NCBI GenBank assembly: GCA_027717655.1
Contig: JALLOH010000005.1
Location: 284 to 64,283 of the forward strand
Length of the DNA stretch: 64,000 bases
Source: Acidobacteriia bacterium AH_259_A11_L15
GTDB lineage: Bacteria > Acidobacteriota > Terriglobia > Acidiferrales > 2-02-FULL-67-57
Direction of reading: 5' to 3'
Under the pieces are notes generated by a model. It searched no databases. It was not told the origin of the DNA and worked only from the letters and a program-made list of their open reading frames with translations. This document shows positions 57,027 through 64,000 of the stretch, piece by piece (within the stretch, counting starts at the first letter, position 1; every line of letters begins with the position of its first letter). A program made the position numbers and the translations under genes.

Positions 57027-57506
57027 GTGGTCTTAATGCTTTTGGATATTGTTATCGATACTAATGTCTTCCAGCATTCCTACGACCCTCGCCAACAATC
57101 TCGTTTTTCCGCGAGGCAATTTCTAGAGCGATTACTTCGAAGTCAGACAGAGCTGTGTGTAGACGAAGGTTTTACTCTAGATCGCGCTACAAATCGTAGC
57201 ATCATAGGACACGAATATTTTGAAAACATCCGCTTTGTGAATCCAGCGTTCCAGATAATTGTTGCTCTTGGGCGAAGAGGTCGCATTCGGCAGTTCAGCA
57301 GAAAAGTCGATAGAGGGTTCGGCCGAAGGGTGGATCGGTGGGTGGCAAAGACTGATAGAGTGTTTATCAAGGTTACATACAAATCCCGGTCCCGAACATT
57401 CGTTTCGCACGATTTCGTGGATTTCCCGGATAGGAAACGAGAACAATTTCGAGCCGACTTTGGAATTTCAATTGTTGTTTCTGACTGGGCTGAACGTGCG
57501 CTCTAA
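57027..57506 (+). CDS. PIN-like nuclease domain protein (partner of the ATPase)
   Basis: Starts 3 nt after the ATPase stop. LLDIVIDTNVFQHS (PIN first acidic motif), CVDEG, SHDFVDF (distal acidic motif). 159 aa, low GC. Confidence 0.6.
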   Translation: MVLMLLDIVIDTNVFQHSYDPRQQSRFSARQFLERLLRSQTELCVDEGFTLDRATNRSIIGHEYFENIRFVNPAFQIIVALGRRGRIRQFSRKVDRGFGRRVDRWVAKTDRVFIKVTYKSRSRTFVSHDFVDFPDRKREQFRADFGISIVVSDWAERAL

Positions 57507-57522
57507 GCTCTTGCATTAGGCA

Positions 57523-57624
57523 CCCTTCGAGTTCGCTCAGGGTGGACAAACCCTTGCCCTACCCAGCCTTCGGCTGGAGTGGCTCTCCCATGCGTTCGAA
57601 TGCATTCAGAACGCAGAACGCATG
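57523..57624. repeat. REP copy plus palindromes on the right flank of the low-GC island
   Basis: cccttcgagttcgctcaggg (57523-42). Inverted repeat CATGCGTTC (57589-97) / GAACGCATG (57616-24). A further GGCGGC-tttag-GCCGCC lies near 57672. Confidence 0.55.
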
Positions 57625-57766
57625 CGGGGTGGAGGGGGAGTAGCGGGGCGCCCCTGCCGTGATTGTAGAGGCGGCTTTAGGCCGCCAACCTGGCGGGGTG
57701 AACCCGCCGCTACACGAAAGAATGCGCTATACTGCGGGGTTGCCGAGAGAGCAGGGCGCCGAGTGA

Positions 57767-59443
57767 ATGAGCAAGGCCGCGAAACTCCGGGAATTGTTGG
57801 GGAGGACGCAGCCCACGCTGCTGGTGGGGGCGCACAACGGGCTGACGGCGAAGCTGGCCGAAGAGGCCGGCTTTGACGGGGTCTGGGCCAGCGGCTTCGA
57901 GATCAACGCCGCCCGCGCCCTGCCCGACGCCTCCATCCTCTCCATGTCCGAGCACCTGGCGGTCTGCGGCGAAATCAACGACGCCACCGCGCTGCCCGTG
58001 GTGGCCGACTGCGACAACGGCTTCGGCAACGCCATCAACGTCATGCGCCTGGTGCGCGAGTGCGAGAAGGCCGGCCTGGCCGGCATCTCCATCGAGGACA
58101 ACGTCTTCCCCAAGCGCTGCTCGTTCTACGCCTCGGTGAAGCGCGAGCTGGAATCCATCGAAGAGTTCAGCGGCAAGATTCGCGCCGCCAAGAACACCCA
58201 ACGCTCGCCGGACTTCGTGGTCATCGCCCGCACCGAGGCCTTCATTGCCGGCTGGGGGCTGGAAGAAGCGCTCAAGCGCGCCCGCGCCTACGCCGACGCC
58301 GGCGCCGACCTCCTTCTGGTCCACTCAAAGAAAAACACCCCGGAGGAAATCCAGGCCTTCGCCCGGCGCTGGGACCGCCCTGTGCCCCTGGCCGCCGTCC
58401 CCACCATCTACAAGCAGACCACCGCGCAGGAACTCTACGAGCTGGGCTGCCGGCTGGTCATCTTCGCCAACCAGGGCATCCGCGCCTCGGTGAAAGCGGT
58501 CCGCGAAGCCCTGACCGAGCTCCGGGAAAAGCAGTTCGCCGCCGCCGTCGACCCCCGCATCGCCCCGCTGGAGGAAATCTACCGGCTCGTGGGCGTCTCT
58601 GAACTCCGTGACCAGGAAGCCCAGTTCCTCCCCGCGCCGGAGAAGACCACCGCCGTCATCGTCGCTGCCGGGGTGGGCTTCGAGCGCGAGCTGATGCCGC
58701 TCATCAAGGACCGTCCCAAGGCAATGTGGGAGGTGGGCGGCAAGACGATTCTCGAGCGGCAGGTCGAGCGCCTCCGCGCCCACGCCATCAAGGAGATCGT
58801 CGTCGTCCGCGGCTACAAGAAGGAAGCCTTCCCGGCGCTCGACACCGTCCGCTACGTCGACAACGACCGCTACGCCCAGACCCACAACCTGGCTTCGCTG
58901 TTCTGCGCCGAGCCGGCGCTGGAGGGCCGCGTGCTCGTCCTCTACGGCGACATCCTCTTCGACTCCAGCATCCTCGACCGCCTGCTGCGCGCCCAAGCCG
59001 ACGTCGCCCTGGTGGTCGACCACGCCTGGCAGGAGAGCTACCAGCGCGGCCAGCTCCACCCGGTCAGCCACCCCGAGCTGGTGCAAACGCAGAACTCGCC
59101 CCTCTACAAGAACCGCTTCCTCCCCGCCGCCGACGGCAACCGCGTCACCCGCATCGGGCGGACCATCGAACCCGCCCAGGCCCAGGCGGAGTTCATCGGC
59201 ATGGCGCTGTTTTCCCCGCGCGGCACGAAAATCCTTCGCGACACCTACCACCGCCTGACCAAGGTCGCCGACCAGCTCCCCTTCCACGAAGCCGCCGGCT
59301 TCCAAAAGGCCAGCCTCTCGGACATCCTCCAAGAGCTGCTCGACCAGGGCCTGCCCGTCGCCGCGGTCGATATCTACAAGGGCTGGATGGAAGTCGACAC
59401 CTTCGAAGACTACGTCAAGGTATGCGAGCAGATACAGCTCTGA
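57767..59443 (+). CDS. PEP-mutase-family protein (non-canonical signature) fused to a C-terminal nucleotidyltransferase domain
   Basis: The N-terminal roughly 290 aa is collinear with PepM (GAHNGL, DCDNGFGN, ARTEAFIAGWGLEEALKRARAYADAGADLLLVHSKK), but the signature reads IEDNVFPKRCSF (58094-58126) instead of EDK-x5-NS. The C-terminal half is NTP_transferase-like: VIVAAGVGFE...RPKAM...YGDILFD...WMEVDTFEDY. Confidence 0.8.
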   Translation: MSKAAKLRELLGRTQPTLLVGAHNGLTAKLAEEAGFDGVWASGFEINAARALPDASILSMSEHLAVCGEINDATALPVVADCDNGFGNAINVMRLVRECEKAGLAGISIEDNVFPKRCSFYASVKRELESIEEFSGKIRAAKNTQRSPDFVVIARTEAFIAGWGLEEALKRARAYADAGADLLLVHSKKNTPEEIQAFARRWDRPVPLAAVPTIYKQTTAQELYELGCRLVIFANQGIRASVKAVREALTELREKQFAAAVDPRIAPLEEIYRLVGVSELRDQEAQFLPAPEKTTAVIVAAGVGFERELMPLIKDRPKAMWEVGGKTILERQVERLRAHAIKEIVVVRGYKKEAFPALDTVRYVDNDRYAQTHNLASLFCAEPALEGRVLVLYGDILFDSSILDRLLRAQADVALVVDHAWQESYQRGQLHPVSHPELVQTQNSPLYKNRFLPAADGNRVTRIGRTIEPAQAQAEFIGMALFSPRGTKILRDTYHRLTKVADQLPFHEAAGFQKASLSDILQELLDQGLPVAAVDIYKGWMEVDTFEDYVKVCEQIQL

Positions 59444-59844
59444 CCTCCAGCGTCGGGCTCTACCATCAATTTCGGGAACAGGGCTACGACTTCTTCGTCG
59501 GCGTCCCCTGCTCGGGGCTGTCCGCCTTCATCAACGACCTGCAGGCGGACAAACGGTCGCCCTTCATCCCCGCGCCCCGCGAAGACGTAGCCCTGGCGAT
59601 GGCCGCCGGCGCCGCCATGGGCGGCAAGAAGCCCCTAGTCTATCTGCAAAGCTCCGGCCTCGGTCACCTGGTCAATCCCATCGCCTCCCTGCTCAAGCCC
59701 TACGGCCTTTCCGTGCATTTACTCATCAGCCTGCGGAGGAAACCGTTCGAGCATTTCTTCATGCACAAAATCACCGTGCCGCTGCTCGACCTGCTCGAAT
59801 ACGACGACTACACCATCGTCGAGGAGCCCAAGTGCGACGCCTAG
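59422..59844 (+). CDS. ThDP-dependent (phosphono/sulfo)pyruvate decarboxylase, alpha (PYR-domain) subunit
   Basis: MRADTAL...GYDFFVGVPCSGL...REDVALAMAAGAAMGGKKPLVYLQSSGLG is the Ppd/ComD N-terminal pattern. ATG at 59422 overlaps the upstream gene by 22 nt. Short (140 aa). Confidence 0.65.
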   Translation: MRADTALTSSVGLYHQFREQGYDFFVGVPCSGLSAFINDLQADKRSPFIPAPREDVALAMAAGAAMGGKKPLVYLQSSGLGHLVNPIASLLKPYGLSVHLLISLRRKPFEHFFMHKITVPLLDLLEYDDYTIVEEPKCDA

Positions 59845-60311
59845 AAGCCATCCGGCAACTGGCGGCCGAGTGGACCGACGAGCTCATCGTCGCCACCACC
59901 GGCATGATCAGCCGCGAGCTCTACGTCGTCCGCGACCGCGCGGAGAACTTCTATATGTGCGGCTCTATGGGCTGCGCCCTCCCCATCGGCCTCGGCCTGT
60001 CCCTGGCCCACCCCGAACGCAAAGTGGTGGTGCTCGACGGCGACGGCGCCGCCCTGATGAGCCTGGGCTCACTGGCCCTGGCCCGCCACTTGCGCCTCCC
60101 CAACCTGGTGCACATCATCCTCGACAACGCTACCTATGCCTCCACGGGGGACCAACCCACCTGCTCCGCCGCGCTCAACTTCGAAGAGGTCGGCTTCCAG
60201 GTGCGCCACCTCCGCGTCGAGCCCGGTAACCAGCCCGACACCCCCCGCATCCCCTACGACCCCCTCGAGATGCGCCGGCGCTTCGAGCGCGCCGTCCGCC
60301 GCTCTGCCTGA
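59832..60311 (+). CDS. ThDP-dependent (phosphono/sulfo)pyruvate decarboxylase, beta (PP-domain) subunit
   Basis: GSMGCALPIGLGL, VLDGDGAALMSLGSL...ILDNATYASTG (GDG-x26-N ThDP motif). Confidence 0.75.
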   Translation: MRRLEAIRQLAAEWTDELIVATTGMISRELYVVRDRAENFYMCGSMGCALPIGLGLSLAHPERKVVVLDGDGAALMSLGSLALARHLRLPNLVHIILDNATYASTGDQPTCSAALNFEEVGFQVRHLRVEPGNQPDTPRIPYDPLEMRRRFERAVRRSA

Positions 60312-61078
60312 TGCCCGCCGACACCCTGGCTGTTCTGCTCGCCGCCGGACCCGGCACCCGCTTGCGGCCGCTCACCCAGGACCGACCCAAGTGCCTGCTG
60401 GAGCTCGCCGGGCGTACGCTGCTCGACTACCAGCTCGCCGCCCTGGCCGCCCACGGCATTGAAGACGTCCTGGTGGTGACTGGTCACTGCGCCGACCAGA
60501 TCGTCTCCCGCTACCCCCGCCGCATCCGCACCCTCCACGACCCCGACTACGCTGCCACCAACAATCTGCACTCGCTTTGGACCGCGCGCCACGAGCTGGC
60601 CGGGCGCGACACCCTTTGTCTGCACACCGATCTGCTCTTCCACCCGGCCATCCTCCGCCCCTGCCTGGAGCACCCGGCGGACGTCTGCGTAGCCCTCGAC
60701 ACTGAGCTGGTCGAAGAAACCATGAAAGCCCGGGTGGAGAACCACCGCGTCGTCGAAATCAGCAAGAACATTCCCCCCGACAAAATGTTCGCCACCTTCC
60801 CCGGCATCGCCCGCTTCTCCCCCCGCGCCTCCGCGTTGCTGCCAGCGGTTCTGGACTCGCTGCTGAAAGAGGAAGTAAATCGCCACGCCTATTTCACCGC
60901 CTGCCTGCCGCCCCTCACCGCCCGCGGCTGCCAAGTGGGCTATTCCTTGACCCGGGCACTCCCTTGGATTGAAATCGATTCCCCGGCCGACTTGGAGCGA
61001 GCCCAAAAGGAAACCCTACCCTCCCTCCTCCCCGTTTTCGCAAAACTCCCCAGCCTCCATTTCGGGGAAAACCGTTAG
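60311..61078 (+). CDS. LicC/PntC-like nucleotidyl(cytidylyl)transferase (second stand-alone copy)
   Basis: AVLLAAGPGTRLRPLTQDRPKCLL, HTDLLF, WIEIDSPADL. TGATG overlap with the decarboxylase beta gene. Confidence 0.75.
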   Translation: MPADTLAVLLAAGPGTRLRPLTQDRPKCLLELAGRTLLDYQLAALAAHGIEDVLVVTGHCADQIVSRYPRRIRTLHDPDYAATNNLHSLWTARHELAGRDTLCLHTDLLFHPAILRPCLEHPADVCVALDTELVEETMKARVENHRVVEISKNIPPDKMFATFPGIARFSPRASALLPAVLDSLLKEEVNRHAYFTACLPPLTARGCQVGYSLTRALPWIEIDSPADLERAQKETLPSLLPVFAKLPSLHFGENR

Positions 61079-61317
61079 TCCTTTTTTATTCAATAACTTA
61101 CGTTCGCCACCGGGCACTTCAACCGAGGTGGGAGGGGGGTCCTAGACTCCGACTTTCGGCTCTTCCATCTTAGTCCCCCTATGTCATTGACCCTTCTTCA
61201 CCCTTCGATAGAGAATGGGCCGGGTTCGGGGGATTCGCGCGGTGGAATTCTGCTGGTCGCCAGGGCGCGACTCCCCTACCCAAACTGCGACTCCGAAGCG
61301 AAGAGAGGTAGAAGCCA

Positions 61318-61683
61318 ATGCTAGCAGGCGAAAACCGCAGAAAGGCACAGCGCTTCCCGTTGCCCCTGCCCCTGGAAATCAAGTTCCAGGAGAGCAGCGG
61401 CGAGGTGCAGCAACCAGCCACAATCCGGGACATCAGCGCCACGGGAATCTATTTCCTCTTCGACCGCGACCTGCCGCCCGACAGCAAGGTTGAGTTCTAC
61501 GTGCGGCTGGAGGTGGAAGGGGCTCCCGGCGGCAGCGTGCTGCTCCACTGCGTGGGCAGCATCGTGCGCATCGAGCACCCCGACGCGGAAGGCCGCGTCG
61601 GCGTGGGAGCGCGCATTGACCGCTATCGCTTCCTCCGGCCCGGCGAAGGGCCCGAAGCCGATCGCGGGGAAACCAAGCACTAG
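61318..61683 (+). CDS. PilZ-domain protein
   Basis: NRRKAQR (RxxxR) and IRDISATGIYF (DxSxxG), the c-di-GMP-binding motifs. Confidence 0.8.
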   Translation: MLAGENRRKAQRFPLPLPLEIKFQESSGEVQQPATIRDISATGIYFLFDRDLPPDSKVEFYVRLEVEGAPGGSVLLHCVGSIVRIEHPDAEGRVGVGARIDRYRFLRPGEGPEADRGETKH

Positions 61684-61715
61684 TCCGGCGTTTCCTCCGG
61701 AGGCCAACAAACGCC

Positions 61716-64000
61716 ATGCGCCGCGGAAGAAAAATACGGCCCCGGCCAGCGCCGGGCGCCCAGCGCCGGTCGACGCTGGCGGCTCTCTGCCTCTGCGCCC
61801 TGGCGGCCCTGGCGGTGGTTACCTCCCTCACCGCCCAGAACCCCGCCCCCGCCGCCGGCAAAATCAGCGCCCTCATCCCCACCGACTTCATCCTGCGCGG
61901 CCAAGACACGTTCGAAGCCACCAAGGGCGCCGCCGTCTTCTGGAAAGACACCATCCGCACCGAGCGCGGCGGCCGCGTCCGGGTGGCCCTGACCGACGGC
62001 TCCATCCTCAACATCGGCTCCCAGACCGAGCTGCGCATTGTCCGGCAGGACGCCGCCTCTGAGCAGACGGAACTGGAGCTGATCTACGGCCGCGTGCGCG
62101 CCGACGTGGTCAAGCGCACCCGGCCCGGCGGTCAGTTCAACGTCCGCACTCAGCAGGCGGTCGCCGGTGTCATCGGCACGGGAGAGTACATCGGCGCTAC
62201 CCCCACCAACACCACCGTCCTGGCCCTGAATGGCCTGGTGATCGTCAGCTCCGCCGACCCCAACATCCCGGGGTCGGTCACCCTGCAGGCGGGCCAGTTG
62301 ACCATCGTCCGCACCGGCGAACCTCCCGACCCGCCCCGCAGCGCCACTGCCCAAGAGACTAAGATTGCTCACCAAGAAACCTCCAGCGTCCCCCAAGTGA
62401 GCATCGAGCCCGGCACCACGGCGCCGGGCACCGTCCTCGACGCCGTCCTCAGCGGCACCGACTTGACCGGGGCCACCGCGGTCAACTTCGTTCACCCAGG
62501 CATCACCACCGCCCTGGCCCAGAACACAGGCGACACCCTGACGGTTACCTTGACCGTGCAGGCCGATGTCCCGCCCGGGACCTACCCCTTCTCCGTCCTC
62601 CTGCCGGACGACAACCTGGCCGAAGGACAATTGGTCGTCGAAGCAGAACTGGCGGTGGTGGGCGGCGGCGGTCCCGCCACCACAGGCGAATGGTATTACG
62701 ACTCCCAGCAGCCCCCTGAACTGGTTACCGGCTTCCAAGTGGCCGTAGCGCAGGGCTCGTACGTTCGCCTGTTCGGGGCTGATTTCGTTGTTGCTGGGGG
62801 CCATCCAATTAGCCGCTATGAATGGAGGGTCGCCAACACCCAACTGCGCAGCGACGCCGCCACCTTTGAGATCGACACTTGGCTACTCGAGCCCGGGACC
62901 TACACTGTCACTCTAAGCGTCTACGATGCCGATGGCCACAGTGCCCAGGCCCAGTACGAGCTGACCGTTCAGGAGTTGCCCAACTCAGACGACGTCATCC
63001 CCAATTGCCTGGTGGCCGGCTACGAGGCCCTCAATGTCAACCTCTTTATGAGCTGTTTCAGCCCGGAGCAATTCCGCGGCTACTCCGTGCTGGAGGAAAC
63101 CATCCGCAATTTCTTGCAGGGGGCCAGCGAAGTCCGCGTCTACCACCGCATTGATAACAAGCAGGAACAGCGGGGCGAGGTTACCTACCAGGTGACTTTC
63201 GAGATCACCTTCACGCCCCAGGACAACCCCAATGCCGTCCAGCAGCAAACCGAATCCATCACCCTGCGCATGCAGCTTTTCCGCTACCGTGACTTCGAAG
63301 AATGGCTCATCATCGACTTCTCCAGCCGCGTGGCCCGCACCGGCGCATCCAGTGAAGGCCTCGTAAGCCCCGAATTCGGCCTTGCGCTGGACCCGGATAC
63401 CCTCAGCTTGACCGCCGGCGGCGACTCGGCCCAGACCACGGTCACGGTCGAGGCCTTTAGCGGCTTCAGCGACACCGTGCAGCTCAGCACTACTGGGCTG
63501 CCCGCTGGGGTGACCGCCAGCTTCGCCAGTACCAACGTCGCCGGCGGCAGTTCCACTACCCTGACCCTCTCCGCCTCGCCCAGTGCCGCGCTGGGAACCT
63601 TCACGGGCGATTCGGCCCTCAACGTTGTCGGCCGCAGCGGCACCCTGGAACATTCCCAGACACTCGCGCTCCAGATTCAGGCCGGAGGCGCCCCGGCTAT
63701 CAGCGTCAGCCCGACTTCCATCGACTTCGAAGAAGTCCTGGTCGGGACCTCGAGCGCCGCTCAGCCGGTCACCATCACCAACACCGGCACCGCTGCCCTC
63801 ACCGTCAGCAACATCGCCCTCTCCGGCAGCAGCGACTTCGCCCTCTCCGGGGCGCCTGCTTTGCCCGTCGTCCTCGCCCCGGGGGCCACCGCCAGCTTCG
63901 ACGCCAGCTTCTCGCCCAGCGCCACCGGCCTGGCCAGCGCCACCGTAACGGTGACGAGCGATGCCGGCTCGCCTACCGTCGCGCTCTCGGGCACCGGCGT
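61716..64000 (+). CDS. Large secreted FecR-domain / PKD / NTF2-like / choice-of-anchor-D (Ig-like) repeat protein (3' end outside the window)
   Basis: Own translation: open frame from the ATG at 61716 to the window end. Signal peptide; FecR-like VFWKDTIRTERGGRVRVALTDGSILNIGSQTEL; PKD-like YEWRV...PGTYTVTLSVYDADGHS; C-terminal ISVSPTSIDFEEVLVGTSSAAQPVTITNTGTAALTVSNIALSG. Not in the ORF track because no stop lies within the window. Confidence 0.75.
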   Translation, partial: MRRGRKIRPRPAPGAQRRSTLAALCLCALAALAVVTSLTAQNPAPAAGKISALIPTDFILRGQDTFEATKGAAVFWKDTIRTERGGRVRVALTDGSILNIGSQTELRIVRQDAASEQTELELIYGRVRADVVKRTRPGGQFNVRTQQAVAGVIGTGEYIGATPTNTTVLALNGLVIVSSADPNIPGSVTLQAGQLTIVRTGEPPDPPRSATAQETKIAHQETSSVPQVSIEPGTTAPGTVLDAVLSGTDLTGATAVNFVHPGITTALAQNTGDTLTVTLTVQADVPPGTYPFSVLLPDDNLAEGQLVVEAELAVVGGGGPATTGEWYYDSQQPPELVTGFQVAVAQGSYVRLFGADFVVAGGHPISRYEWRVANTQLRSDAATFEIDTWLLEPGTYTVTLSVYDADGHSAQAQYELTVQELPNSDDVIPNCLVAGYEALNVNLFMSCFSPEQFRGYSVLEETIRNFLQGASEVRVYHRIDNKQEQRGEVTYQVTFEITFTPQDNPNAVQQQTESITLRMQLFRYRDFEEWLIIDFSSRVARTGASSEGLVSPEFGLALDPDTLSLTAGGDSAQTTVTVEAFSGFSDTVQLSTTGLPAGVTASFASTNVAGGSSTTLTLSASPSAALGTFTGDSALNVVGRSGTLEHSQTLALQIQAGGAPAISVSPTSIDFEEVLVGTSSAAQPVTITNTGTAALTVSNIALSGSSDFALSGAPALPVVLAPGATASFDASFSPSATGLASATVTVTSDAGSPTVALSGTG

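Overview
High-GC (mostly about 65-70%) bacterial chromosome segment. The gene content suggests Acidobacteriota (Oar-type CarboxypepD_reg TonB receptors, TPR/EPS genes, many REP-like hairpins), but that assignment is inference only. Content in window order, most of it on the minus strand up to about 40 kb: leuCD; a glucosyl/mannosyl-glycerate compatible-solute pair; pgsA; scoAB; an aromatic supra-operon (trpC-trpF-cytochrome c-trpB-trpA-chorismate mutase-DAHP synthase-tyrA); tRNA-Glu(CUC); a full suf Fe-S operon (sufA-like, sufBCDSU, sufT, Rrf2 regulator); a TPR/YaiO-type barrel; a three-gene secreted thiol/metal module; an EPS locus (CE4 deacetylase, GH-like protein, Wzy/O-antigen-ligase-like protein, TPR protein, Wzc-type tyrosine kinase, WecA-like primer transferase); a RAYT transposase within REP clusters; proline dehydrogenase, STAS and queF; an Oar-like TonB receptor plus a LolA-like protein; then a plus-strand PepM-type (phosphonate-like) head-group cluster; finally PilZ and a large FecR/PKD/choice-of-anchor-D protein that runs off the window. 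Main second-look items: (1) a MerB-family ORF (24415-25290) whose two catalytic Cys positions are in-frame TGA codons, each followed by a hairpin, so it is a candidate double-selenocysteine protein. (2) A low-GC two-gene island (55.5-57.5 kb) encoding an ABC/AAA_21-type ATPase and a PIN-like nuclease, inserted inside the biosynthetic cluster; this is a candidate undescribed defence or toxin module. (3) The PepM homologue carries EDN-x5-CS instead of the canonical EDK-x5-NS signature and is fused to a nucleotidyltransferase. The locus holds four nucleotidyltransferase-like domains, a split ThDP decarboxylase, a CDP-alcohol transferase fusion and a TagF-like enzyme. (4) A REP family has a copy inserted in frame in tyrA. 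(5) Two +1 frameshifts sit in poly-G runs (trpF, wecA-like). All calls rest on reading the translations and on remembered family motifs; no searches were run. Coordinates of by-eye elements may be off by 1-2 nt.
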